Positions 36,971 to 50,417 of a DNA stretch of 64,000 bases are shown here, in pieces. The position numbers were made by a program, and so were the translations under genes. The stretch lies in NCBI RefSeq assembly GCF_963921235.1, contig NC_086118.1, forward strand, positions 24,864,001 to 24,928,000, written 5' to 3'. The notes beneath the pieces are model-generated. The model was given only the letters and a program-made list of their open reading frames with translations. It did no database searches and was not told the origin of the DNA. This stretch comes from Mobula hypostoma (lineage: Eukaryota). Within the stretch, counting starts at the first letter, position 1; every line of letters begins with the position of its first letter.

Positions 36971-38659
36971 AAGGATCATTGCTATCTTTCACAGCAAGCA
37001 ATATTAAGAGGCTTAATTTACAGGATTAACTGAAGCTGTAAGAAAAATCCATGCCTCACTAACAGGACGGTCAGTGGCAATTTCCAATGGTGAGTTGGTC
37101 AATGATTAACAGTCCTATAATTCTGCCTGTTTGCTGTCAGTACCTAAACTGATGTGGATCCATGTCCACATTCCATCTGTTGTGTTATCGACTCATCCAG
37201 GAATCAAAGTGTCCGATAGCTAAATTTATGTATTTAAAGACCCATTAGAAATTTTTTTTAGAAGGCTATTTTTTAACCAAGCTTGAGCAGAAAGTGAAAA
37301 TAAATGTACAATAGATATAATTGATTGGGCTTTCTATTTGTAGTGACATTGAGGCTGTCAGTAGTCAGGATCATTACTTTGCACACTGACCACAAATTCT
37401 GGTCTTGCCTGTGCACAATTAAAAGCAGAAATCCAGAATATTCTGTCATTGGTATTCCACTCCTTGACAAGATGTACTGCTACAGTCTTCCCAAGTGGAA
37501 GTTATATGAAATCAGTAACTTTCTTTGAACTCTGACTCTTTACATATTGTTCTTGTTGCAAAAGCGATTGAAGATCAGGGAATTCTTCAATTTGATTGCC
37601 AGCCTGGCCATCTTGATGACATCTTCACTGTTGGTCAGCATGGACTCCCCATAAAGAAGTCTGGCTGAGTTCCCTGATGTTAAAAATAGGAAGTCATCAT
37701 CACATAGCCCCTCCATTTATTGGGGGTGGGGGTGGGGGTGGGTGTGATTTCTTCAATAACACTAGAAAACTTCGGCACTTTTGAAAATCTTTTGTAGTTA
37801 TCACTCAGGGCAAAGCTGTGTAACAGATATAATGCAGCTGAAATTTTGAACAACCCTTCCTGGAAGCTACAAGCTCAAAGAATGTTCTAGACTGAAGTAT
37901 CTGATTAAGTTAATCATCTTTTGACACATTAACTATATAAGTTAGAATAAAAATGATTAATCATGCAAATTAACTAGATTAGCCCAAACTGAGTTTCTTG
38001 TTATAGTTAATATTAAAATAATCTTTTAGAAAAAGTAACAGCAAAACATTAAACACAATTAATACAAAATCTTAAAATTACCTATTTGGCTAATAGTGAA
38101 TGATCACCATGTTGTTGTTATATTAATGGAGGTAATTAAAATAGGTTATTACATGTGTTGACATAAGAGAAAGGGGAATGCTAGCTTTCTGCTCGTGAGT
38201 AACAACAGGCATGTTAGCTCATAACTGCAATGACCTTCTTGCTATAAATCATCAAAATGATTCTAGCTACAACAAGGCCAAATGTTGCTCAGGTTTGTAT
38301 TCCACCAAGGTTGTGAAAGGGGAAGTGAAGATTGCAGAAAGATTCTATTTTCCCCTCTACTTCACAAATAAAGAATGTATGTTGATGAAGGTACTCAAAC
38401 TCAGCATTCCTCAAATTTCATAAACTTGTTATTGCTTTTGTTGCATTGAAAGGTTCTAGCCAAGCACAAAAAGACTGATGATTATACTTAATATAAAAGC
38501 AATAGAGTAGAGGCATTCTTGCATTTGAAATTGAAATAGTCAGCATTTGAAATTGAAAAACCTGAGTACTCCATAAATGGGGATTATCCTCTTTGCTGTT
38601 AATGTGTGAATTAGGGAAGCTATATCCAACAGTATTGCAATTGGAAGTATGCCAGCATC

Positions 38660-39350
38660 CGAATCAGATTTATTGCCCCTGCCATTAGTCATGAAGTGTG
38701 TTCTTTTGTGGCAGCAATGCAGTGCAAACAAATTACTATACATGCAATAAAATATAAGTAAGCAGAGCAAAAGAGAAAAAATGAGGTATTGTCACGGGTT
38801 CATGGACTATTCAGAAATCTGATGGGAGTAAGCAAGAAGCCTGTTCCTGAAACATTGAGTGTAGTCTCCAGGCCCCTTTAGTTTCCCCCTCATCATAATA
38901 ATGAGAAGAGAACATGTCCAAGATGGTGAGGGTTCTTGATGTTGGAAGACACCTTCCTGAGGCTCTAATTTTGAGGATGTCCTCAAGGTTAGGCGGCTTG
39001 CGCCCATGATGGAGCTGGCTGAAACCTTTTCTGATCTGATCTTCTGACGGTGATGCAACAAAGTTGGAATGCTCTGCATGGCATTTCTATAGTAATTTGC
39101 TAGAGTTTTTGGTGCGGTACCAAATCTCCTCAAACTCCTAATGAAGTATAGCCGCTTGTGTGCCTTCATTATGATTACATCAATATATTGGCCCCTAGGA
39201 CAGATCCTCTGAGATGTTGACACCCATGAATTTGAAGCTGCTCATCCTTTCCGCTGCCGACCCCACATGAGGATTGGTGTGTTCTACTGTCTACCCTCTC
39301 CTGGAGTGCACAATCACTTCTTTAGTCTTGCTGATATAGAGTGCAGAGGT
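38660..39350 (-). mobile_element. Rex1/Babar-like LINE 3' fragment
   Basis: KAHKRLYFIRSLRRFG motif; AATAAATCTGATTC tail. Confidence 0.82.
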
Positions 39351-40309
39351 TAAATGAGTGCATTGCAATTAATTCTTATCAACCTTTCCCTTGTATAATA
39401 CTTGAGTTTACTGTTTGTAAGCCTACAAACTGTTGCTGAATAAGAAAAGTAGTGCTCCCAAGTGTAGTGAGTCCCAGTAATGGTGCAATTTAAAATCACT
39501 AAATTAATCTGAACTATCTCAGAGACAGAAGATTACAAGTGACCAACTTTGTATTTTCATAAATTGGCAATGAAGATTTAAAGTATCTGTAATATTTGTC
39601 TCAGATTAATTCTTCACCTACATATGAAAAAATATTAAGATTGATTAATGCCATCAAAAAGAGCTAAAAAGATACTTGGTAATAAATCAGTATACAAATA
39701 TGTATTCTAAAGAAAAGGTTTATTATCTCCTATGGTGAAAGGCGCATAGAAATGTCTACTGATTAATTCAAAAATCCTGTCTTCCATGGCTGAACTCTAT
39801 GTGGAGTTAAATATTAAAATATAGCTGGGAAACTGTTGGTGGAACTCATTAAGCAAGATTGGGGCTGTTTCTATTCTATTTAATTCTCTGACTCTAAGAG
39901 AGTAAAAACAAGGAATGAATAGCAGGCACAGGGAATTTCAGTATGTACAATTGGACAGAATATTAACTTTGTTGTGCAGCGTCTAACATGGTGGTTCTTA
40001 ATGCTGATAAAGGGATGTACAGTATAGAAGGATATTATATTCATAGGATCAATAAGGCTTCATAAATTTACTGTTTCATATTATTGACAAACTTATTTAG
40101 AAATTAAAGTTCTTAGAGGTGAAAATGGAATGTTTTCTTTAATATGAAGCCTATCAGTTATATAAATATGTTTCAAAAAGCTAATGGGGACTGAAATTCC
40201 TACTTAAGCTTTAACTGAATTCTTCAAATTCTAACCATTCCAAAGACCACTAGGATAAGGCTCATTTAACCAATGTACAGATGTCATTTATCATCCATGA
40301 AGACATACA

Positions 40310-40650
40310 TTCAGTGGTCACTTTATCAGGGACACCTTGACACCTGCTTATTAATGCAATTATCTAATCAGCCAATCACGTGGCAGCAACGCAACGCATA
40401 AGAGCATGCAGACAGGTCAAGATTCAATTGTTGTTCAAACCAAAATCAGACTGGGGAAGAAATACGAACTAAGTGACTTTGACTGTGGAATGATTCTTGG
40501 TGCCATGCACGATAGTCTCTGGAGTTTACAGAGAATGGTGCAAAAAAAATCCAGTGAGTGCAAGTTCTGTGGGGTAAAACACCTTGTTAACGAGATAGAT
40601 CAGATGAGAATGGCCTGACTGCTTCAAGTTGTCAGCAAGTTGACAGTTAA
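40310..40650 (+). mobile_element. Internally deleted Tc1-like remnant
   Basis: CATTCAGTGGTCACTTTATCAGG terminus; LGKKYELSDFDCGMILGA resembles a Tc1 transposase start. Confidence 0.65.
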
Positions 40651-41669
40651 AAATGGTCTGTCAAAATATGTACAGTCTGTAGTGTTTAATATTTCAGTAA
40701 TCTTGTGAATATGTTTGGTGGAATTTTCTTTGTTGTTTATATATGTATGAAGTATGTCAAGGGCATTCATCATCGCTCTACCACGTCATAGGTGCACATC
40801 TTGCTAAAGTAAAATGAAGAACATACGGAAGTTATTTCTGGCTCTGTGTGTTCTTTGAATTAGTTCTGTGTTTTAGAGTTACCAAACAAAATGCAGTTTA
40901 TCTATTTGAAGAATCTACAGCCAATAATTGATAATTTTATTCTAAAGGTGTCTGCTTATCACAAGCAGAGGGTTGACCTACTGTATATTCCTTCTGTAAA
41001 ATGATGATTTCTTTTAAAACTGTGCTTAACAGCTCATAAGTTAGTGCATTGTATTTCATTCATTTTGTGAGACTTGTGTAAATTAAAATTATTCTTGGTT
41101 TTAGGGTTTTGTAAATTATTGGACTCATCATATAGTCCTGCTGGTTGGTTTGACAGCATTTTTCATGCAATTTAAACCCCTCTCGGGCCTGCACTGAGTT
41201 TAGATTACATCTTAGTCACTGTTGCTTTATTTCAAAATTAATGTAAACAGGCCTACAGCTCTCCAGCAAAGATCTTCCATAGTTTAAGAAGTTTCCTAAG
41301 ACTCAATTTCAGCGTATTGGTAATTCATATATATGACAGTATTTTGGCATCAACAATCAGCATAATATGACGTGCATCTAACATCAGATAAATATGAATG
41401 TTGACTGGAAAGCTAGTACAGTGGTTAAGGTATTGCATTTGAAACTCGTGTTCTTAACCATTGATTCAGAGATGTGTTTGAATCCCTAGGAAATTTAAGT
41501 GCAACCAAATGAGTTAGGAAATTTGCTAAACAGAACCAGTATCAGTAAAAGTGGCCACAAAATATTGTAAAACATATCTAATTCATCACTATCCACCAGG
41601 GAAGGGTAACTGCTGTCCTCAGCTGGTCTGACCTATATACTGTATGACTCTAAACCCACAATCCATCCA

Positions 41670-42078
41670 TCCACTGGAGACGCTTATCAGGAGCACTACA
41701 TACGCAGGGCCCTTAGTATTATCAAGGATCCCACCCATCCAACCAGCATCCTCTTTGACTTGCTATCATTAGGCAGGAGACTACGGTGTATAAAAACAAG
41801 AACAGTCAGGATGAGAAACAGTTTCTTCCCCCAGGTCATTGGGCTTCTGAACTCCCGGCCACATTGTATTCGAAGTGTCACCCGTTAATCTAATAATATT
41901 TAATATCATGCACTGTAGTTTGTTATTTATGTGTAATACATCTGTAAATTTTATCTTTGTCTTCATAAGTTATCGTGTGTTATGTGCTTTACACCCTGGA
42001 TCAAAGAAACATTGTCTTATTTCTATATATGTTATATAGTACATGTATGTCATTAAACGACAATAAAGTTCACTTGAC
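41670..42078 (+). mobile_element. Rex1/Babar-like LINE 3' fragment
   Basis: RRALSIIKDPTHPTSILFDLLSLGRRLRCIKTRTVRMRNSFFPQVI; AATAAA plus short repeat tail. Confidence 0.8.
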
Positions 42079-42116
42079 AACATGATTGATTCTTAGCACT
42101 CTGCTCATAGGCAATC

Positions 42117-45100
42117 AAAGTTCAAGGTTCAAAGTAAATTTATTATCAAAGCACATACATGTCACCATATATTACCCTGAGATTCATTTCTTTGTGGAAA
42201 TTCAGAGTAAATAGAAAGAAACACAATAGAATCAATGAAAAACCACAGATGACAGAGACGGACAAACAACATATGCAAATGACAACAAACTATGCAAATA
42301 CAAATAATAATAATACTAATAATAAATAAGTGATAATATTGAGAACATGATTTGTAGAGTCCTTAAAAGTCAGTCTATAGGTTGTGGAATCAGTTCAGTA
42401 TCGTGGTGATTAAAGTTATCCCCTTTGGTTCAAGAGCCTGTTGGTTGAGGGGTAATAACTGTTCCTGAACCAGGTGGTGTGGGTCTTGAAGCTCCTGTAC
42501 CTCCCTCCTGCTGGCAACAATGAGAAGAGAGCATAGTACGGGTCCTTAATTATGAATGCCACTTTCCTGTGACAGCGCTATTTGTAAATGCGCTCCATGT
42601 TGGATGTGTGTACATAATAGAGAACTTCAGTTCCATAAGGGCAATGCGGGTGGTTCACCCCGGAACCAGAAGTGACGTTGGTGAGCTGGTTGCACGTGCA
42701 CAGGGTTGAGCTGAGGCTGTTCTGCAAATAAAATGTTCTAGTGTGAAGCCCATTCTAAGTTTGTCTTTATTAAGAACAACGTGACATGGTTTCAGAGGTC
42801 AGCATGAGACACAGAGAACAAACTAATACCATGCACGACTAAGGAAAGGATGCTAATGCTGGAGAGAAATACTGGCCAGCGAGGCAAGAGAGCACGTTGT
42901 CCTGAATTCACCAAAAGAAATTCTGGTGATTTGGCTGAAAATTTCCATCATGAATAAGCTATGTCCTCCCACACCTATACAGTTTACCAGCAATCTAAAT
43001 GATAACTGCAAAAGCTTCAAACAGCGATTCAATATATATTTAGTGGCTAGTGGAGCAGGAGAAGCTGATGAAAAATTGACAGTGTCTGTCTTTCTACATG
43101 TAATTGGCAAGGATGTTTTGGACATCTATACCAGCTTTCAAATTCATGAGACAGCCTTTCCATTGGACGTTCTGATGACAAAGTTTGAACGGTATTTTGT
43201 CCCAAGTATAAATATCACATTTCAGAGATACGTTCTTTTCCTGCGACCAGAAACAAGGTGTTAGCTTTGTCCAAAACTTAGCTGTGTGGCACACACTGAG
43301 GGGGTCCTGTGAGCTTGGAGATTTGAGAAACTCACTAGTTAGAGACAGAATAGTTTGCAGAAATTCAGATTAGAGAAAGCCTTTTCTGTGGAAAGGATTT
43401 GATGCAGGAAAAGGCTGTGAATACCTGTAGGGCAGCAGACAACATGTGAGCATAAGCTAAGAAGCTGTACAGGGCAGACTTAACAGTGCATGCTGTGAAA
43501 GCAGAGGGGCAGAACACAAGGTGTTTCCCAAAGCAATGTCAAAGCAAAGAGGCAGGCTCAAATAGCAGATGCAGCAAATGGGAAGGTAGTCACATTCCAA
43601 AGACGTGCCCTGCATATGGAAAATCCTGCTATAATTGCAGGAAGCACAATCATTTTGCAAAGTGCTGCAGAGCTGGGGCTACCAAGAGAAAGGTGCACAC
43701 GGTTGCTGAGGAAACGGAGGAAGTCTTTGTGGATTCTCTACAAACTGCTGGTGCTGGTAAACGACTATTTCAATGACTATGAATGAGAATTTAATTCCAT
43801 TCAAGCTTGACACTGGAGTCCAGGTGAATCTGTTGTCCATTTATGATTACAAGACTCCCAAAGTAAAGAGCTAGATTTACCCAATGAAATTAAAAGTAAC
43901 AGGCTATACTAGAGAGAACGTTCTAGTGAAAGGGGCTGTATAATGACATTCAAGCAGAAGGGGCAGCATCTAAAGGCACAGCTACAGATTGTAGAAAAGA
44001 GAGTACAGCCAATGTTGTCTGCGTGCATGCAAAAAACCTGGTGAAAAGAGTTGCCGTAGTGGCTTCACAGACCAAAGATGACCAACAAACACTCACGGAA
44101 GAGTACACAGATGTCTTTGAGGGGCTCGGATGCTTACCTGGTGTACACAAAATTCAAGTAGATGACACAGTGGTTCCCGTTGCCCATGCATGCAAGGAAG
44201 TTCCATTTGTACTTAGAGACAAACTCAAACAAGAAATAGCACCTGTGGAACAGATAAATGTCATACAGAACATTGAAGAACCAACAGATTATGTGAGCTT
44301 GCTGGTCATTGTGTAAAAGAAAAATGGAGCATTGCAGATATGTTTAGACCCAAGAGATTTCAATAAAGCAATTGAGAGAGCATTTTAAATAACCAACATG
44401 GGAAGAGAACAATTTCTGGTGTGCAGGTGTCAAGTGCTTTAGCAAACTCAACACATTGTCTGGGTTTTAGCAGATGAAGCTTGATGAGTCAAGTTCAAGA
44501 CTGTGTACTTTTAACGCACTACAGGGAATATATCGCTTTCTTCAGCTACCATGTAGGATCCCGTCCAGAAGTCTACCATAAAACCATCCACATGATCTTT
44601 GAGAACATACCTGGTGTCAAGACCATGATGAAGTTGACATCATCATATGGGGGTCCAGCAAGGATGAACCTGGTGCACAACTGAGACTGGTGCTTGATGA
44701 GACATGGAATATCAATTTGAAAGTAAATAAAGGGAAATATGAGTTTGGTATTAAGACCCTGACTTTCACAGGAGATGCCACATCAGAAGAGGGAGTGAAG
44801 TCTGATCCAAGAAAGACGTCAGCCATTGAAAGTGTGGAGAGGCCCCAAAACAAAGAGACATCTCTTGGGAATGGTGACTTACCTGACTAAGCTCATCCCT
44901 CAACTGTCCACTGTGTCAGCACCACTTAGGTCACTCCATGAGCAAAGAAATCACTGGATTTGGTCTCTTGAGTAAGAAGATGCTGAAAAAAAGTACTAAC
45001 AAGAGCCCGTGCTGAAGTTTTATGATCACAGTCTCAGCTGATGTATCCCGGTATGACTGATTGTATGCACTCAGGGTTGAGCTGAAGCCATTCTGTAAAT

Positions 45101-45470
45101 AAAATGTTCCAGTGTTAAAACCACACTAGTTTGTCTTCATTCAGAACAAACATAACAGTGGGGAGGGCTTTACCTGTGATAGACTTGGCTATAATTCACT
45201 ACTTTTTGTATTTTTCCCATTCAAGGGCATCGGTGTTTCCTTACCAGGCCATGATACAACCAGTCAGGATACTCTCCATCACGCATCTATAGAAGTTTGT
45301 CAAAGTGTCAGATGATATACCAAACCTATTCACACTTCTAAGAAAGTAGAGATGTTGTTTTTCCTTCTTTGCAATGGCAGTTGCATGCTGGACTCAGAAC
45401 AGATCCTCTGAAATGATAACACCAAGAAACTTAAAGTAGCTGACTCTCTCCATCTCTGATCCCCTGGTGA
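42117..45470 (-). mobile_element. Rex1/Babar-like LINE split by the Gypsy insertion (pieces about 42117-42604 and 45158-45470)
   Basis: (ACTTTGA)n-like tail at about 42117; LINE similarity resumes directly after 45157. Confidence 0.78.
42605..45157 (+). mobile_element. Ty3/Gypsy LTR retrotransposon, decayed, integrase region deleted
   Basis: 5' LTR TG..CA at 42605-42786 followed by PBS-like TGGTTTCAGAGG; gag (FKQRFNIYLVASG; CPAYGKSCYNCRKHNHFAKCC); protease FKLDTG; RT CLDPRDFNKAI; partial 3' LTR about 45057-45157. Confidence 0.9.
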
Positions 45471-47133
45471 GTTTCTATGTGTATCTTGTAGATGGTAGCC
45501 TCAGCAATCAGAAGTGTCAGTATTGGAAGGAATGATTCTTTTGATTATTATTGGAATTCCATTCGTCCAGTCAAATGGGGAGTTATTCTACTACAATCCT
45601 AACTTGTACTTTACAGATTGTGAAAAGATTCTGTATGTCAAGATATGAGTCACTCATCTCTGAACTTTGATGTACTAAAAATGTCCTCAGACATGCTAAT
45701 TTCCTGGTCAATGATAATCCTTTTAACATAAAGAATTTACTAATGAAAATGGCATTAAATGTAACAGTTTGATAGTTATCCTCTCTCCTACTGGAGATAT
45801 CCATGCCCTTGCAGACGAGGAATGTGAATTTTACTATCAGCCAACATTGAATATTGCCCAATAAAGGGCTGCTTCATTATCTGAGAGGATCCAAAATGGA
45901 ATTAATAACTTCGAAATGATCAGTGAGCATCTCGACAAATAAGTTGATGATAGAGAAATGGCCACGGATGAGATTACTGGTAATATTGGAGCCTAGAATG
46001 CTGCTCTCATGAATTCCAAATTGCTGTCCTAAGAGGAGATGAATGAACTCCAACATCTACAACTATCTAGCCTGATCTAGGGTATAATTTCAAGTAGTAA
46101 AAGCAGGTTTCAGGATACCAGTTTTACTATGGAACATATGTCCACACTAAGATGATAACTTGAAATCAAGAGCAAATACTTTCACCTCTAAAATTAAATG
46201 CCACTGTTCATATTTAAGCCAAGACCTGGAGCAGAATGTTCCTTGCAAAATCCAAACCAAAAATATTTGAAAACTTCTTCCAACACTTTGATAAAAACTG
46301 AGCATGATCTGGTGGTGCATTACTTGGCTGGTTAGAATTTGTCCTGCTTCTCATGGAAAAGACAAACAAAGGAAATCTTTCACACATAACAGTAAGTTTA
46401 TAAAGAGTTGGATTTCATGGAAGCCATTGAATGGGAGACTGTCCAGGAAAGCATCAAAGCATTGAATCTGAAGGTGACCAAAGCTTCAGTGTTCAATGGG
46501 GTGACTTGTAGTGAAAAAGACTAAAGTTATAGAGCTAAGAAAATTATTAATTTGTAGTGTGAGAAGCTTCAGCTGCTGGTATTTATGTATTTACGTTCAT
46601 TTATTCCATATCTGTACTTTAACCCCTAATTTTATTTTTTATATAATTCGTTATTGTTTATAATTACTGAATGTTTATGTTGCATGTCGCACTTTGACCA
46701 ACACACCATAACAAATTCCTAATACACGTAAATGTAAGTGGCAATAAAACTGATCCTTGATTCAGTCAGGGTGAGGTGAGATGCGAAATTACAGTCTGGA
46801 TATGCCAGAGAGAATGGCAGATCTAGAGCATTGGATTGTTGACAGGAGGACAATTGGGTGGTTGACCAGCAGAATGCACTGAACTCTTCCCCATTTTATG
46901 CTGAAGAGTCCTTTGACATTCCATGTGCCCCCTTCTAATCTGAATCTGAAAAGTGAACTGCAGATAACACTCACTGTTTTGTGCCACAGGAACTACAGTC
47001 AACTAAAGCCTGGCAGCTACTGTGCAGTTACAGCACTGTACACTCAAAAACGTATACCATATTTATTCCTAATTAAAAGGTAAGGAATTAATTTCAAAAG
47101 GGATTGGTAAGAGTGATGAAATAACAGGATGTT

Positions 47134-47387
47134 ATGGTGGCGTAGTGGTTAGCACGATGCTTTACGGTGCAGGTGACCTGTAAGGAGTTTGTATGCTCTT
47201 TATACCATGTGGGTTTTCTCTAGGTGCTCCAGTTTCCTCCCCAGTCCAAAGATATACTGGTTAGTAGGTTAATTGGTCATTGTTATTTGTCCTGTGATTA
47301 GGCTAGGGTTAAACTGGGGGACTGCTGGGCTACGTGTTTCGAAGGACTGGAAGGGCCATTGTTATCTCAATCAATAAATAAATAAAG
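47134..47387 (+). mobile_element. V-SINE/HE1-like SINE
   Basis: GGTGGCGTAGTGGTTAGC A-box head, GTTTCCTCCCCAGTCCAAAGA core, (AATA)n tail. Confidence 0.8.
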
Positions 47388-48717
47388 ATGGGGAATTCAG
47401 AACCATGTTTATTATCACTGACATATGTGATGAAATTTGTTTTGTGTCAGCAATACAGTGCAATACATAAAATACACTCTATGTTAGAATAAGATACAAC
47501 TTATAATATATAAGTTACAATACTTATATAAAAGTACAGGAGGAGAAAGTATAAGTAAGGTAAATAATTAAGCTTCAGATCTGACTATTTAAACATCTGA
47601 TCCAACACAGTTTAATGCTCAGTGACAGAGAGGTTGATTATATGGTATTAATAACCAGCCCTAAGTAACTGCTGTGGCTTTCCTTTGTATCTATGACTCA
47701 GGTTCAGTAATTTCATGGCATTGGGTACATGCTGTTGGCAGAGCAGACAATAATAAGTTGTATCTGTATGTATGCCTGGAGCAGCTCACTGCCAGTGGTA
47801 TTTTTGTATATTTCCATTTCACTGTCTATCCTCCCTCTCTTGTAGTTATAGATTTATGAATTTGTAGCACTAACAATCAATACTGTTATTTCACCAGCAA
47901 GAACTTGATGCATTCTGAAGCTAATTTCAATTTGAATTATAGAAGGATAGTTAAGTTTATGCCAATTGGTGAAGCCCATCCTCTGAAGTTTTATGGATAT
48001 TTATTTTTTGTTGGAACAAAACCATGTTGTTGCTTAACTTTCAGGAATTTTACTGAACTCTTTTCCTTCAGCATATACTTGTCTTGGATATGATTGTTTT
48101 TCAGAAATCTGGAAGGAGGTGAGTGTTCAAAATTATTTTCACTATCCTCTTAAAATGACTTAAAAAGGAAATTCTGGAACTGTACATAATTACAAATTTA
48201 ATATTCAAAAACAGCAAGTCAGCAGCTTGTTATTTTGAACATTAACTTTGTAATTATGTGCAGTGGTCACTCAGGAGCAGCATGAAACCAGTCGTAAGTG
48301 CAGGAAAACAGTGATCATCATTGATTTCAGTTCCTTCTAATGATTGTTACCAGGGTATGGCAAATTAGTGTGAAGGATGTAGGGAAATAGCATAAATTTA
48401 TTTCATGTTACATGTAAATGTACCATTGCAGTGACCTCAGCCCAGTCTGCCAAAACACAAATACAGATTTGCTAACTTACTAAAGGAAAGAAGTTCTTCA
48501 GCTACCTTGAACTTGTTCAGCCTGCTCATCAAAATGGTTTTCCAGGGTGTGTTCACTTTGCACGCTAAGGGCTCCTTGGAGCCACAGGTGAAAAATGCAT
48601 GTAGGTATGGACCAAAGCAAATGAACTTGCTCAGGAAGGCATGGTGCGTTCCTCTGACAGAGTTACAATGCCTCCCCCACGGCATGTTTACCCAGTTGAA
48701 ATGAGTGTATCATTGCA

Positions 48718-48870
48718 AATAAGAGAAAATCTACAGATGCTGGAAATCCAAGCAACACACAGTAAAAGCTGGAGGAACTCAGCAGGCCAGGCAGCATCTA
48801 TGGAAAAGAGTAAACAGTCGACTTTTCAGGCCAAGATCCTTTTCCTGATGAAGGGTCTCAGCCCGAAATG
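48718..48870. mobile_element. Short Penelope terminal-repeat remnant
   Basis: CAGATGCTGGAAATCCAAGCAACACAC..GCTGGAGGAACTCAGCAGGCCAGGCAGCATC; plus-strand CTGATGAAGGGTCTCAGCCCGAAAT hammerhead-like core lacking helix I. Confidence 0.7.
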
Positions 48871-50417
48871 TGGAGAGGTTCCTAAACTTTTAATGCCATG
48901 GAGCAATATCATTAAGCAAGGAGTCATGGACCCCAAGTTGGGAACCCTTGTAACAGTGGAAGGTTACAGGTAAATCATAATTGCCCAATAGCGATCAATA
49001 GATGATTGTGGTTTAAGCTTTATAAGATGCTAAATATTGAAGCTTGCAGATTAAAGAAACATCTGAAGTATAAGGGAATAGTTATTTGAAATACAAGGAA
49101 ATAGCCATTGCCAGTCAATGGAAATTAAAATTACTTAAAATTTTGTTTATAGTATGTCTGAATGTTTTCTACCTTTGTTTTATTGTGTAGTATTGACTCT
49201 GCTAAAATTTCTTATTCCTTAATTGCCCATAACCTTGTAGGTGGAGTTAACAATTCTCTATTTAGATTTATAAGCATGGACATACTATAAATGGAAACAT
49301 ATATTAAAAATTTCTATCTATGTTTAATGACTCAATATTATTATTGATATGAGGAAGTCATGCATTGAGCATTCCATGATGATTAATTATTCTGTTCATA
49401 ATATAAAGTTTATCCAGAAATGAAGAAAAAGATTAGTTTACCTTAATTGGAGCCAACATTTTTGTGACATACCAAATTCTGTCGTTCTTTGGGCTTAAAT
49501 CTACTGCTGGCAGGAGCAAACACTATCTTTATAAATTAAATTTCATCCAAAGTAACCATTTTAACAATATAATCATTTCACTAACTAATTAATCATAAAA
49601 TTGGTTTTAGATTTGTGACAAAATTCATTTATTTTTGGACATGCAATTATCGTTTTTTTGAAGATAAATGGAGTCTTACCAACAAATGATTTTGCCAGTC
49701 GTCTGTGTTGTGAGACTCCATAGAAACTGCATGACTAGTCCACACTCCAGCATTCTTCTCCCTGACAATGCAATTGATCTTCTTCCCTCACTTGTTCAAT
49801 TAACTTTTTAATCTTTCAATGGTATGTTTCTACCAAATTTTGTTCCAATTTTAATAACCAGCTATTAAAACTCAATTAATTTTCCACTCCTCTCTTCTTA
49901 GTTTACCAACTATGTTCAACCTCTTATCACTCTTACTAAGCCCACTTGCCAGAAAAAAACAATTCTAACAAAATCTGAATGAAAACCAAACAGATAAATG
50001 ACTGCTCCTTTAATCTTTTTGGGTCCAAGGAGAAAATCCCATTTTCTGCATAAATGGAATGCCTCATCCCTAGGATCATCCTAGTAAACCCCTTCTATGC
50101 CTTCTCCATGAACTCAATGAACTTACTAAAATTGTGACATTCATAATTTTACAAGATATTCTAGGTGAGAACTTACTGGGAGTTTGACAAGCTTTAGCAT
50201 GTTTTTATTTCTTTGTGCTGTCTTGAAGTAGCCATTGTTTTCTTGTCTGCATTATCATTTGGTTTTGCTATTTACTAAGGTATGGAAATATGCCTCCCAG
50301 GTCCTTTGTCAATCCAAATTTACCTCCAAAATGCTTTTTTTTCAGTAGTTTTCCTACATCCAGCTTCACCTGCATATTTCAACTCCATTCACCAACCTAT
50401 CTAAGCTGAACAGTACA

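Noticed and set aside
40660..40890. Possible solo LTR
   Set aside because: TG..CA-like ends but no TSD or second copy in the window; too weak to call.
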